From: Spongospora subterranea f. sp. subterranea
Lineage: Eukaryota
Length of the DNA stretch: 64,000 nucleotides
Assembly: GCA_049724395.1 (NCBI GenBank)
Contig: JAUGWO010000122.1
Coordinates: 1 to 64,000, forward strand
Direction: 5' to 3'
Below are positions 22,825 to 36,233 of this stretch, piece by piece. The first letter of the stretch is position 1. Each line of letters starts with the position of its first letter. Both the position numbers and the translations under genes were made by a program. The notes beneath the pieces were generated by a model. It saw only the letters and a program-made list of their open reading frames with translations. It had not been told where the DNA came from and did no database searches.

Positions 22825-25800
22825 GGGTTGACCCTCCAATGACTCAACAAACAAGGTGAAGATGAATTCAAATAAACCTGATGGACTTAAGGGTAGTTTC
22901 ACAAGGGGTTATAGGATTATTCTGTTGTATTCACATCAACTTTTCTCGGTATAAATCCATTTGATTCTGGCCAACATTGGCCCAGATACATATGTGTATT
23001 CAACACCTCCCTCCGCTATGGACTAGGTAGGCAACTCACGCTCGATTGATGTCGATTGATTTTGTTGTTGAGTCTAATGAATGGGTGGAGTCGGCTACCA
23101 TCAGATATGAGGGCAGTAGAAGGGATGACAATAGATTCCACCCCGAATAGAGAACAACCGACTCGTCTTCGGGTTGGAAATCGTGTACCTGGATAAGCGT
23201 AAAATGTTTGACACAAACACAATTACTGAATTAAATGAGAAAACTCACCACGATAATTCGACTTGTCGACATGGGTTAGGACCGATTTGTCGGAATAATC
23301 TTAGTGGGTTGTGAATTTCTGATGTGAGATGTTATATATCCAGCCAAGAATCACAATTGAAGCGAATGTTCTAAATTGACGATGACGGGCGAGGGAATCT
23401 GTTTCCATATTTCACATGAAGGGCAACGGTCAAGGTATGATTCCAATAACACGACATTGCCGACCACGACACTATTTCTGAATCTGAGTCGTCATCTCCA
23501 GTTAATGCGATTTGATCACCCAACCTCTCCTCAGGTATGATCTGACCGTATGTCACTGAATCACGCTCCGAATGCCATGAATTTGCATGGAATACCGTTC
23601 TAACAACGATCAAGGACACACATCGCCCTTTGATCAAGCGGCTGTTTAACTCATATGCTGGTCATTTGATCCTGTTCGACGACAAGTATCCTTGAGGTTA
23701 TTGGTTGAAACTGAATTCCCGTTCTGGAGTAGCGCCACAACACCGGGACAACCTTCAAGGGTCCAGCAGCAAACGTCAGTTTTGTGTGGCGACGGCTGTG
23801 ATTGGCAATGATCAAAGGCGACAGTGGACAATCAAATCAATATTCAGAACGACAACTGCGCTGCGATTACTGAATAGTCTCTGTCCCGGCAAACCGTCCC
23901 AATGGTCATCGAGACCGGAAAACGTGCCATAAATCAGGATCACTTTCAGGACCTTTCGTCGGCTGTCGTCGTTGCCAGGGAATAAATGGCCCAATTCCCA
24001 ATCCATTTCCCTTTGTTGAATATCCGTTCAAGGCAGCAATTACCTCGACGAGTTCCTTGACAATCCAGCGGTTAACTTGCGATTGGCGCTGGCCACGATC
24101 AAACCTGTTAAAGCTGCTTCGCAGTTCACCCTACTCATCAAGTTCGTGTCATCTTCTTCACTCTGAATAAATCGAGTGAACCGGTGTCAAGAGAAATATG
24201 TTTCTTCAAAAGTGATCACTGGTTTACGCGAACTTGATCGCGACCGAAATGCTATTACTGTTTGGACGGAATGAGAGTTGTGCTGGAGACCCTGATCCAT
24301 TCCTCGATAGCTGGTCGCGATAATGGTCTGAGACCTGTACCGGACTCGGAACCAGATCGGGTGTGGAATGTATAAAGGCAAACACCATAATCGATAAACG
24401 ATCATGAAAGTGTGTTTTATGGTGACGATATATCAAATTCTCATCTCTGAACACAATGGAGAAACGAGAATTGGCGCAACAACGCGTGTATGGAAATCTG
24501 GTCCTGATCCGATCTGGTAAAAAACATTTCTCTTTCAGGGAGCGTTGGTTGGATGTTCTGGGTGATTCGAGCGAAGGTCGTGGTGATTTCGACGGACGAT
24601 ATTCACGACAGGATGTGTCGGGACCAGAGTTTGAGAATTAGTGATGAAGATCCATTGGCGTTCACGACGACGAGATCGACATTGACATCAACACTGTTTT
24701 GATCATTTGTGGCCGTTCGGGGACAGGTATTCTGATTCCATTGTGGTAATATTTGTTGCAGAATAATCGTTGATGACCAGGGCCATCATCCCCCACGACC
24801 GCCGTCCCACAGAAGACCTCATGTACCTTATGACCTTTCTTTCCGAAATCGCAGGGGCGCAATCGACCACCGACAGCGTATTTTATGAATGGCGCTGAAG
24901 TGTTGACAATTTCAAGTTTCGGAGCCCAATACTGATTTGATTGTGGTGACGAATCACGCGCTATTGGCGTTGTGCTCAAGTGATTTGTCAATCTGAGGTT
25001 TGCGGCGACGCCGTCTTCACTGGATCAATAATCGGCAATCAGATGAATCAGTGTCTAACAAATGAAACCGTTGTCGCTCGCTGATGACGAAGATTGATTC
25101 GCGACTTTCGGCAAATACGAGTCGACTGTGACCAACGATCGCTGAAGATCGCAATCGATCGTGTTCTCCGAGTCCCATTGCCGAGGTCGCCCCAACCGAT
25201 GTCAGGTTCATAGGTCGACCATTTCTGGGCACACCATTCTCACACGACAGCCCAACCATTCACAACAACAAAATGCGCTTTCGGAATCGATTGTTTATAA
25301 AAGGCGCGTTCACGGTTTGTTAACAATCTGCCAAACTTTGCAACCGCAAACAAATCAACTAGATGACGACGCGTCGCATTGTCTTGTCAGCCCGACCAAC
25401 AATCGTTTGCAGCAATTCTCTGATTTCTCATGGGAATTTATCGATGACAACTGACTTTGGCTCGGACCCAATATCAATCATCATTTGAAGTGTTCTGCAC
25501 GATGTTGAATCAGCACAATGTTCTGGCGCGTCGTGGAGTATATGTTCAAGCCCTACACCTAGTGCATTGCTGACGCCTTGATCTAATTCACGTCAAACGG
25601 TTTGAATATACGAAGCCGGGTCGTGATGACATTGGACGATTGACTTTCACCGTACATTATTTGGTCGTTCAATTGGGTGAACTCTTGGAAAATTCGGTAT
25701 TGGAGCGATATTCTCAGAATGGTGTCTGACGGAAGGGAGCATTTGCCAACAATCGGGTTATCCTGACATCGAGGTTGAGGAGGTCAAAAACGGGAATGCC

Positions 25801-25871
25801 GCGTTGGCGAGCACGGACGCAATCGCTGCAAGCTTTGGGGCATCTAAGACAGATTTCCCAATTTCCCATAT

Positions 25872-28720
25872 ATTGTTGGCGACTAACAATCCGAAATCTT
25901 GGTCCGGTTCTTCCGATGATGATGACCGTGATTATGGTCCTGCACCAACTGGCGACACGGAAAGCGCTGAAGTGTCGCCCATCTCAAGCAGACGGCACCG
26001 TTCCGTACCAATTCATTTGCATTGAGTTCGCTTCGCGCTATGTCTGCGACGAATTCGTGAAAAGACATTTACTGATTGGCGCAGGTCAACCTGCCATTTC
26101 CTGGCACCTCTTCGAATCTTTGAGTCATTTTTCCTGGACTCATGGCATTGGACACATTTTCAATGGTCGGCATCTAGAGGGCCATTAAATCAACGATCGA
26201 TTGACTTTTCCGCCAACCTTTCCAGCTGTGGAGGCTTTGACAAGCAAGAATATGGTCCAGTTCATAACAAGCCGTGCCAATGTCATCAAAGGGCTCACAG
26301 AGTTTCGTAAACTTATGTGCAGCTTTGTTCAAAAACCCAATTCAACTTTTTGTTGTTCCAGAGAGGATTGCTTCAACGGGGTCAAGTTGCCCAGTCAGCT
26401 GTTTGTCCCAAAAAGATCTGCCGAGTCCTTTGTCAAATCCGTCAGGTTTGAAAAGCGCAAAACCTACCACCAACCATTTGATTTTCCCGAAACTCATCCT
26501 GATTTTTTCGTAAAGTTTGATTCTGCTTTCCGGAAAATTGTTGACAGAAAAGCAGTCACGCCGGAGTGGTGTTTCAGACCACTTTGAATAAAAACAGAAA
26601 TCACCCATTTCGCGAATGTTTCCAGTCTGATTTCTCAGACGATGCCTTCTTTAGCGAGAATCGAAAACAGTACAATCTCCTGATGGTTTGGACCGAGTTT
26701 GCAGCAACAGTAGTTGCTGTACACGTCTGGCCGATGTCAGAGTTGACTACTGTCTGCTGGTGTCTTTGCTAGCGAATCATGAATGCGGATGTCGTTCGAG
26801 CACTGGGTTCAAAGTGAGAGTTCCAGGAATTATGGTCTATCTCTGTCCACTTCTGGAGATGACTTCCTCTTCTGCAGTTGTTTCACAATGTCTGACAAGC
26901 AATTGGGCCGAGATTGTACTGATCACGACGCGTTGCTCCATTTGATTACAGTGCCCCATTGTATGTCTTCAAATGACTTCATTGATCCTCAATTTGTTTC
27001 CATTGCCAATGGAAGCAATGAGACTTTTGGTTTGGTTTCGAAGAAAAGATTCACAAATAGCGAAAACAGGTCAGATTGGATTCAACGGGTAGTCACATTA
27101 GTCGCAACAGAACTGTTGTTGTTGTTGTTGCTGATTCTGAGTTGATTCCGATACCAACGTCAGGTTGTGGAAATCGAACGGATTCCAATTCGATTCTTTG
27201 TGGAACTTGTCGGGAAGGCTGAGAATCAGACCATGTTGCCCGAAACCTCCTGCTATGCCTAGGCAGTTTCCACATCAAAATGCCCTGTGATTATGCCCTG
27301 ACTGGTGAATATCTTTTTCGGTGATTATGATTTCATCGATTCGACTACTAATATTGCCATCACCCAAGACATTAGTGCAGCTGGTATGGTCCAGCTCGAA
27401 TGGTGGACAATTATTGCCATACGGAAATGGTATTTGTTGTGTCAACAATTTGATGTTTGAACAGACCACCGACGTCTCTGCCCAACTCCTCAAAAATCAC
27501 GACGATAAATCGTTGAACATGGCGTCTGCAATATATGAAAATATCCCCCAAACCGGAGCCTTGTTCATTCTTTAGTCTATCGTCGATCTTCGTGTCAACT
27601 CCGACCTCGGTCAACACCAGCTCCCGCTGACCAGTTTTTGAACTGCGATATCACCTGGGAGCCGTTTTGAATCAGAAATGAATATTCCGGTCATGGTTAA
27701 AGAAGTTTCAAAATCTGATCATGGTCCTGGTGCGTATAAGAGTCTTCTCGATCCTGATACAAATGTTAGTACTGTACCCGATCTATTTACCGTCTAAAAC
27801 TTGCCTTTAGCTACAAACTGAGCTAAAATCCTCTATTGGGTTGGAGAGACGTCTGAAGCTGAACCGGCTTGATGCAGCCTACAAAAGGAGCACACATTTT
27901 CCTAACCCAGATAAAACGCATGCAAAAACGAAATTTGTTGAATTTGTTTCATAAAAAACACCTATATTAGACTCGAGTGAATGTGGGACAAGATCTGTTT
28001 CTCTCCACAATCGATTGATGACGGGATTTTGGATCCAAATCCACATTCCGAACAGTCGTCCTAGACACTTGATTCGATATGACCAAACAGAACCGCCTGC
28101 CGCCATTGCCGTTGCAGACAATGTACCAGAGAGCACCTTCTTGACGACCTAACGGTATTCCATGAAGTGTCATTCCTTGATGCTGCAATGGCGAAAGGCA
28201 ACCGGAATCTCATTGAAATATATGGTCATTTCATAACCACTCATCATCAGCAGAGGACTGGGCTTGTTTGGTGTAGACAAGGTCAATGACCCTATGGACT
28301 AAACAAACGTGTTGACACTTTTTACTTGTTTTTTCCTCTGCGCCTAACGAGCAATATAACTCATGGTGCAAACAGAGTCGCTCGCGAAAATAAACCTTAG
28401 AACACACAATTTCATATTCTGTTTGATTGCTTTCTAGATGACGAGCATCGAAATGAACTAACCGAATGGGACATGAGTTAAATAAAACTGGCCCAGAGGT
28501 TTAAATAGATGCCTGGAAATGACAGATGGACCAGCGCCAATCATGCACAATCTCCATGAAATGTCTTTCCACCAACTCCTCGCAAACACATCATGCCATT
28601 GTTGGCGACTTCGATCCGAAATCAAGTGCCCCCGACGATGATGACCGTAGTTATGGTTTTACACCAACAGGCGACAGGGAAAGCGCTGATGTGTATCATC
28701 CTTCGCGAGCAGATGGCACC
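25872..28720 (+). repeat. ~125-bp diverged direct repeat (25872-25999 and 28598-28720)
   Basis: attgttggcgact..gatgatgaccgt..caccaac.ggcgaca.ggaaagcgctga..gcaga.ggcacc in both. Confidence 0.8.
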
Positions 28721-28772
28721 ATTTTGTTGTGAGCCTGTGTGAAGAAATCTGTCGGCGAAGAATCTGCAGACC

Positions 28773-30168
28773 TTAACGCAGAAGTTGGGTTCGCGCTTTC
28801 CAATGCGGCCTCCAAATCAGAAAGGTAAACGTCGCTACCGAAAATATATCGGACGTTCCCGCCAAACAGCCCTGAACCGTTGTTCTCGACAACTTCAACA
28901 TCGAAGTCTGGATAACAAAATTGTCAGGAATGCCAATCAAACGACGTTGTTGGTAATCGACGAAATCCGAGCGTGAATCGAATTTGAAGCGTTGTATTGG
29001 TCTTTCCGTGCTATCGCAGGACAATGCTCAATCGAATGAGAGCCTCCACAGTAAGGGCACAACCCGAGGCGCCGTCGACGATCTTTCTCTTGATCTGTAA
29101 TGGGACCGCGTGGACCGCTTCGTTGCTGTTGAGGGGTGTGAGACTGGGCCGGATGGTGTTGGGTCGGAAGGGGAAATTGGGATCGGAAGCCGGTTCGAAT
29201 GGCTTCCATCTTTGAGTTGAACGACGTGGCGGTGGTCACTAATTAATCCAAGGACACGAACGGGTTTCCCGTACCTTCCGACAATATGAGCATCCTTTGG
29301 AGATCATGCGGCAGTCCTTGTCGAAATTGGTGAATCAGCGTCGCTTGAGTCCAGTCAACGTCTTGCGACAATAACCGGAATTCGTTGCAGTATTTTCCAA
29401 GGTTAGATCCCATCCTCAGCCGGCGCAGAGAACCAGCAGCTTTGCCAGCCCGGTCGGGATCGTCAAAGGCAATGTTGAATTCCGTGATGAATGCATTGAG
29501 ATCGATCAGTATGGGACCAGGAGATCCATAAAACGGCGTCAGCCAGGCCCGTGCTTGCCCGGTAAGCAACGAGCAGATTAACGCAATACGTTGAGTGTCG
29601 TTGGAATATGTCAACGGCTGTGCCATGAGAGACTGTTGCACTTGGCCTAACCAATGCCGAAACATGACTTTATCTCCTGCGTAAGCTTCTGGCATTTTCA
29701 GCTTGAGATCCTTTCCCTGCGGAAGCGATGAGGCAGGAATTGGGGACTGGGGCTGGGTACTGGCGAGGATTGAGGGGGGTGATGAGCTGTCGCCAGGATT
29801 GTGGAGAGTTGGTCGACTAGTTGATTGAACCTTTCGTTTGTTGACCGCTGATAGGAATGAAGTTGTTCCCGCGATTCTGCCAGTTGTCGTGCAACTTCCG
29901 CGAGCTGCTCTGAGGTGGTGGTCTGCCGAGTTGTGATCGTGTCCCCATTCGTCATGGCGGATCGTCGGAAGTGTGATAAAGAGGGTGTCACGTTCGAAAG
30001 AGGTTAAGTTAGTTAGGTGAGAGGAGAGGCGGGAGAGGTTAGCGACAAAAAGGTTAGAGGCGGTAAGTTATAGAGATATAGAGATGGTAGTTAGAGAGAG
30101 GAAGAGAGTGGGCAATAGAGAGGGAGAGGTTAAGTGAGTAAAGGGAGGTTGAGAGGTGAAGTTAGCTT
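28773..30168 (-). mobile_element. Ty3/Gypsy-type gag remnant with probable partial LTR/leader
   Basis: PEAYAGD..F..WL.QV, LLTGQARAW, FRQGL and RRRRLGLCPYCGGSHSIEHC knuckle; internal stop at 29240-29242 and frameshift near 29700; pyrimidine-rich leader ending gtgaca. Confidence 0.85.
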
Positions 30169-30346
30169 TTAGTTATCCCTGATCGAGCGGCGGTATATAA
30201 TAAACCGCCACGGAATCGATGAAAAAATCAGAATTTCCCCGGCGGCAGGTGCAACTGATGTTTCTTCTAGCGATTCTTCATTACAAACACCGCAAGAGCA
30301 ACATTCCGATTTGGATGAAACTATCCAGCCAATTCCCCGACACGGG

Positions 30347-31036
30347 TCAAAGCGCCCGCCTGATGAAACAATCGACATCAGGCGGGCGCTTTGACGCGTG
30401 TCGGGGGCGCTTTGACGCGTGACGGGGAATTGGCTGGATAGTTTCATCCAAATCGGAATGTTGTTCTTGCGGTGTTTGTAATGAAGAATCGCTAGAAGAA
30501 ACATCAGTTGCACCTTCTTCTGATGAAAAATGAGGCAGTTCGTTCCAGAAGTCGCTTCTAACTCCACCAACTTCAACAATTGTGGACGGTGTTACGTTTT
30601 GGCGGTGGCCTAACACCTTATCCATTCTATCGAAATAAGGGCACAGTGACTCGAGCTTCTGCTCGATAGTGGTTATATCTTTTTTGCGGTCCACGTCGGT
30701 GATGCCGTGTCCGGTTGCGCCTGGTTGCGACATCTTCTTGGCATTTTTATACCGCTTTCGGTAGCTCGCGTACCGACTTTTCGCAACGGCGGCAGCCCAG
30801 GGCCGGTTTTGGGTGAAGTCAACGACAAAAGAGGACATTGCCTGAAAGCCTGCGGTCTTCGAAAATTTTTGCCCTGCAACCATGGCTTTATTCTGAGCAG
30901 CCTTTCCTTCAACCATGGCGAAGTTTTCTGGTATTTCCAGAAAACAGACCATTGCTAGGTACTCAGACCGGCTTGTTCGCTGGCGTTTAGCATCAGCAGG
31001 ACGGGATCTGTGGCCATCGTCACGACAAAACGTCAC
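30347..31036 (-). pseudogene. Myb/SANT-like protein of the kind carried by Harbinger elements, C-terminus broken by a foldback
   Basis: FLEIPENF..KTAGFQAMSSFV..W..AKSRYASYRKRYK..KLESLCPYFDRMDKVLG; possible TIR end ..ctagccagggc at ~31308. Confidence 0.65.
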
Positions 31037-31619
31037 GGCAAAACAATTATTGTGTCACGGGCTCACGGCAAAACAATTGTGTGAATCTTCAAAATCCGAA
31101 TCTTAAAATAAGATTAAAAACCTCCAGGAGGTTAATCTTATTTTAAGAATCGGATTTTAAGTCCGGAATTGTGCGCGGGAAAACCGAATCTTAAAACTGC
31201 GTATTCGAACCCGCTGATGTAAAAAAAACCTGATTTTTGAAGTTTAAAAGCCATTGATTTTTATAAAAAAGTGTAGGCATATTGATAATCGGATTTTCTA
31301 GCCAGGGCTGATTGACCGTGGCCCAGATCGTTAGGGTACCTTCATTTGCTCACGCAGACTTCTGCAGTTTCTAATGGCTGGCCTACAAGCCTTTTTCGAA
31401 GACGATTATGCCGGCGACGAACTTGCCGAATTGATGTGCAGATCTGACAATGGGTTTGAGGACGGATGGAAGCATATTGATCTTCCCGAAGGAATAAGCC
31501 GTCGCCAACTGGTACGGACCACGAGCTCTTGTTGACAGTTAACACCGAGATTTTGGCGGTTTGTAGCAACGCCAGAAGGTTGATGAATAGTCAACAAATT
31601 ACGTTGAGCGATTGCGTAT

Positions 31620-32300
31620 TTTTTTTTCGATGGAATTGATCACGAATTACGTGATGCATTGCGTGAGGGGATCCCCGTCGGGCAATCCGTTTCCAGCCAG
31701 GCCCTGGTAGCGTTCATCAAAGTTTTAGTCTATCTCTCGATATATGGTGTCACACCCTCCGTGTTTTTCGATCCTCAACATGCTTTCCTTTACCCAGATG
31801 CTGAGAACTGCAACAGTGTTTCATTCACCACCATAATGAACGCTTTCAAGCGCAAAGACCATTCGGAATCGACCTTAGCAACGACGGATCGTCCGTTTTC
31901 ATCGGATACTTTGATAAGACGGACAGAGGTTGCGTTTTCGAGGACATCATCCGAACTCGCATTCGTTCCTGCAACCACAATTTTGTCGATTGATGACGAT
32001 CAGTATCGGTTGACATCCGCTCTATTTGAACAAATGGGATTTACAAAAGTTAATAATGCGAAGAAAGCGTTTGGAATAGTCTCAACTAACGCTGTATCTT
32101 TGACAACTGGGCTGCTTCTAGGGATGCGCCTGTTAGGAAAAAGTGAAAGCTTTGCAGATGTGGTTTGTATGCTGCTCATGCATATTCACTCAGTAGTCAG
32201 TACAACTGCCTGAACAAGTTAAGGGCACAAACTTGATTTGTTTGGACCGAGGATACAATGGCCCGAGTTTGATTGAATATCTGTTGAAGTGTGATTTCCA
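31620..32300 (+). pseudogene. piggyBac-like DDE transposase remnant
   Basis: LSIDDD in ORF 31659-32213 followed after a stop/frameshift by ICLDRGYNGPSLIEYLLK at ~32237. Confidence 0.55.
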
Positions 32301-32374
32301 GCTAAAGTTCTAAACAAAATCTCACTACCTTTTCATGTACAGATTTCGCCTGTCTTCAAAACCATTGGGGCATT

Positions 32375-32921
32375 AGAGGAGAGAAAGAGCTGCATCTGCG
32401 CATTCAACATCAAGAACTGTACAAACCCATCCGATCACACATATGAAGCGAAAAAGCGAGAGAAAGGTGGATCTTCACTTTGCTTCCGGGCGCCAGGTTC
32501 TCCAGCACCGCGATATCATTTTTGCTTGGTAGCCGGAACGAGATCTGGACCAGTACACGGTCCGCGTCTAGGGCAACACAAAGTCGATCCTCATCAGTAC
32601 AGGGCAAATTGGGGAGCAGAAATAAACGTTGTATGCCTGAGAGCCCATGCCTTCCATTCCGGTTGATCTTAGCTGTTGAAGGCGGCACAGTTTTGGATAT
32701 TGGCTGCAAGGGTTGTTGAACTTTTACTGTAGTTCTGAAAATAGGTGTTTTATAGTGGTTTCGAGCAGAATATATGTTGACCAAGTCGTTTCAAAATATT
32801 CGCTATCTACCAAACACATATCGATTTCGGCCTGTCCGCCGGCAACATTCTTTAGAAACAACGGTAGCTGCTGCCGAATGCAGTTGAACTTCTATTGCTT
32901 CGACTGATGGGAAGTTTTTCA
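32375..32921 (-). CDS. Possible small spliced hypothetical gene
   Basis: Protein-like stretch LCVALDADRVLVQISFRLPSKNDIAVLENLAPGSK with plausible GT-AG sites; no family recognised. Confidence 0.25.
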
Positions 32922-33010
32922 TCTTCCGAAATCTCGAACAATCTGGTTGAAGTCAGCCATGAAGGCATTTTTCAGATCATCACAGGTCAGATATTGCCGC
33001 TACTCTGGCC

Positions 33011-33283
33011 ATGCGTTCACTTTTCTCGTGTTTTGGACGGTTCAAAAGATTCATCCCAATTGATGACGAAGATGAAGGCTATGACAGTTCTCTTTCTTCA
33101 GAATTTAACAATGAAGAGTTGAGTTTTTCAGGAAAAAGCAGGCGCGCATCTTTGAAAAGTTGCCTGCGACAACCAGTACCGCATAACTCATTTTTCAGGC
33201 CAGAGGGATCCAAACCGAGGAAGAAACAAGTCCATTTCAACTTAGAGCCGCCACATTTTGTGGGCGAGGACGAACAATACTGA
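33011..33283 (+). CDS. 90-aa hypothetical protein with PP1-docking-like motifs
   Basis: ATG-initiated ORF with acidic/Ser tract, LKSCLR and KKQVHF. Confidence 0.5.
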   Translation: MRSLFSCFGRFKRFIPIDDEDEGYDSSLSSEFNNEELSFSGKSRRASLKSCLRQPVPHNSFFRPEGSKPRKKQVHFNLEPPHFVGEDEQY

Positions 33284-33368
33284 CCAAGAGCAACTCTATT
33301 CCAGTCGCGATTATTGGCCCTGATTGCGATAACATTATAAATCAGTTATATATTCACAACCCGAGCTC

Positions 33369-34797
33369 ATGGCTGTGAATACTGGGGAATACGTTGGACC
33401 ACGGGAGGACGTTGTTGGCCCATGTAACTTTCTGGACTGGGTGTAACCGTGTACGGCCGTTTCCGAAACATAGCGCCACACGTCATTTCACGGACTCAGT
33501 TCCTCATCGGTATCAATGCTATTTCCCAGTGCTGTCCGGGATTCGATTAATGACCTCATTCGCATTTCTCGAACATCGGTAGATGACGTCGCTCGCGAAA
33601 CCAAAATCGACAGGACAAGGTTGGCACTCTTTTTGAGTGGCGAATCTCCCTTGGTATTTCGTTCGATGTACACCACACAGATTTATCAATTGGACATCAG
33701 GATGAAAACGTACTCCTTTGCGGCCCGCTTAATGAATGGGCTCAGTTATTTACTCAACGCCATGGTTTACGAACCCCGCTTATATCTTCTAAATCATTTC
33801 CAAGTACGATTGACTCTTTGGTTTACTTGTCATTTCTAACTCGCGAACAGTCCCGATGCCGTCAGATAAGAAACCCGTCATCACCCCTATCAGCAACTCT
33901 GAACCCATTGTAAAGTGTTTCGTGAAGATTTCGACGTGTTTACTTACCCCTTGATAGTTGGAACCTGATAACTCGATTGGAATGGCGAAAATCGTTAATT
34001 ATTTGGGCCATATCCGATCTAAGGGCATGCTCTGTCCTATCAGAATTGATGAAAGTATAAAATCAATCCGATATCAGGACGAGTTCGTATGGGATGTCAG
34101 CAATCCAGGTTTGACAGCCGAAACGTTCACAGTTTTACTGCTAAAAGATGTCAATCTTCCCGAAGCTCTTTTTAAGGAGCCTATTAAACGGTTCTGGCAA
34201 CATCATGGTCTTTGTACAATCTGTTGTTAATGACTCTTGCATGTTAAGGTCAATTATTCGACAGACCACCGAATTCCAGGGAATCATGCAAATGGATCCC
34301 AAAGCGGCATTAAATGACTCGAAACTTGGATTTCTTGTCGTTCATGTAATTCGGAACTTAATCAGTGCACCCCATCGACCTTAACATCGATAATGCAGTT
34401 AGATCTGACATTAAATGGTTATCGGCTTGTTGACAAGATTTACTGGGATCCATATTCTGTTCCGGAAGCAGGTATAAATGTCAATTATCGCGACAAAATG
34501 CGAAATCAAATAATTTTGATAGTTGAATTGTTTGCATCGACAATGTGTACCGACCTTGGATTAACTGGAGATTGGGCCTCTAAAATTGCATTCGACATTA
34601 GATGGAGACTGTTGCTGCATAGAAAGGTTGGTATTCGTACTTGTTTAGCCGTTAGTCATTAAGTTCGCTTGTAGGCTGTTCACTTTAACCAAGTGAGTCC
34701 AATCGAGAGGCTTACAAGGCCTGAGAGCTGCAAGTTTACGGGGATCGAGACTGTCAATCGGTATTGTAATAAGGACTTTATCCAGCCGGCTGTATAA
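33369..34797 (+). CDS. SNF5/SMARCB1/Sfh1-family chromatin-remodelling subunit (multi-exon)
   Basis: Two SNF5 repeats: LCPIRID..YQDEFVWDV..TAETF..L.KDVNLP and LDLTLNGYRLVDKIYWD..ELFASTMCTDLGLTGDWASKIAFDIR. Confidence 0.85.
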
Positions 34798-35232
34798 AAA
34801 TGAACTTGTTTCCTTAATTAATCATCATGTGCTTGCCACTCAACTGCGACCTACAGTATGTATGCACTCTTTGACGCAAGGATCACTCTTTTGAAAAACA
34901 TGTAATGCTCGTGGCAGCTATCGAAATCTTAAAAAACAAATACCTGACCAATTTGTGCAATAATCTTCTCAACTCTAATAATAGCAACTTCAGAATAAAA
35001 TCGGATTACACCCATTTCTGCAGGTAATCTCCTTCTAAACTCTAATAATAGCAACTTCAGAGTCATCGGTTTGTGTTATCCCGTGCAGTTGATCACACTG
35101 GTGTTTATGACGATGATGAATATTCCGTGGGGCGTTGGCTGTGGTGTATGTACAGTAGTCGGGAGACGTCCATCAATTGCGCCATCTGGGCCGATTGACT
35201 CAAAAGGGCGAAACTTTCCATCAGATTACGTC

Positions 35233-36210
35233 ATGACCGATATTCTCTATTGTACTCGGATCAGTGATAGCATGGTCGACGATGAGGCTTGGATCATGGA
35301 AGCGCTGCAGTCCATCAGCGCTTCTGAGCGACAAAGGGTTTTGCGATATTCTCACGCTCCAGACAGATTGCGTTCAGTGATCGGGCGACTCCAAATCAGG
35401 ATAGGGCTGTCGAAACTCTCGGGCGTCGACCATCGTGAATTAATTTTTGATCGGTCAACATTCGGCAAGCCTGTACTGGTCTCCCCTCAGGTAAATGGTA
35501 TGTCACAATTTTTTCTCATCATTATCTGCACTCTGAAAATATGGATTCAGTTTCGTTCAATGTTTCACATCATTCATGGTGGGTCATGATGGCCGGGTCA
35601 TTGGATCATCATGTTGGTTGCGACATTGTCAACATCGACGACGCCGGCAATGATCAGCACTTGCTGGAATCGATGCAAAGCTGTCTGGCCCCGTCCGAGT
35701 TGGAAGTAATATACCAATGGGACGTCGCCTATTCAAAGAAATGTACAATTCCTGGTTCTATGGGCCTTGAAAGAATCTTGTTAGTCCATTTCGTGATCAT
35801 TAATCGAAACCCTGAAATTATTTCAGATTTGAAAGCGATTGGGATCGGTTTACAAATGGAGATGAGGGTCGGTTATAAACATTTGTTCAGCTTTGAAACC
35901 AATTGAACCAGGTTCTTAGAGATTGGAATTCTATATTCCGGATAATCGCTCTTGTACCGATCCGGACGAGGAGTGCGATGATGTAATCATTTGTCCCAGG
36001 TCGATGCTACAGTCGTATAGACTTCGGTGCGATGGAGCCGTTATGAACGACTGGTGTTTTTATCTGTACCGGCTAGATAAGACCCATATTGCCAGCGTAG
36101 CAACCTGTCCATTCATCACTCCTAGGCCAAATTCCAGCAATTTCGATGCCTTCACTTTAATTGAGCACCTTTCGTCTTGTGATCTGTTATTACCACATCT
36201 CTCACCCTAA
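35233..36210 (+). CDS. AASDHPPT: Sfp/Lys5-type 4'-phosphopantetheinyl transferase (multi-exon)
   Basis: DRLRSVIGRL, FDRSTFGKP, SFNVSHH, VGCDIV, W.LKES..KAIGIGL. Confidence 0.9.
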
Positions 36211-36233
36211 CTTATTTAATATTGTATTATCTG

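Noticed and set aside
25872..28720. Direct repeats as a pair of LTRs
   Set aside because: Short, diverged, no TG..CA ends or TSD, no gag/pol between them
34960..35063. Short direct repeat aactctaataatagcaacttcaga x2
   Set aside because: Simple local duplication with no further structure
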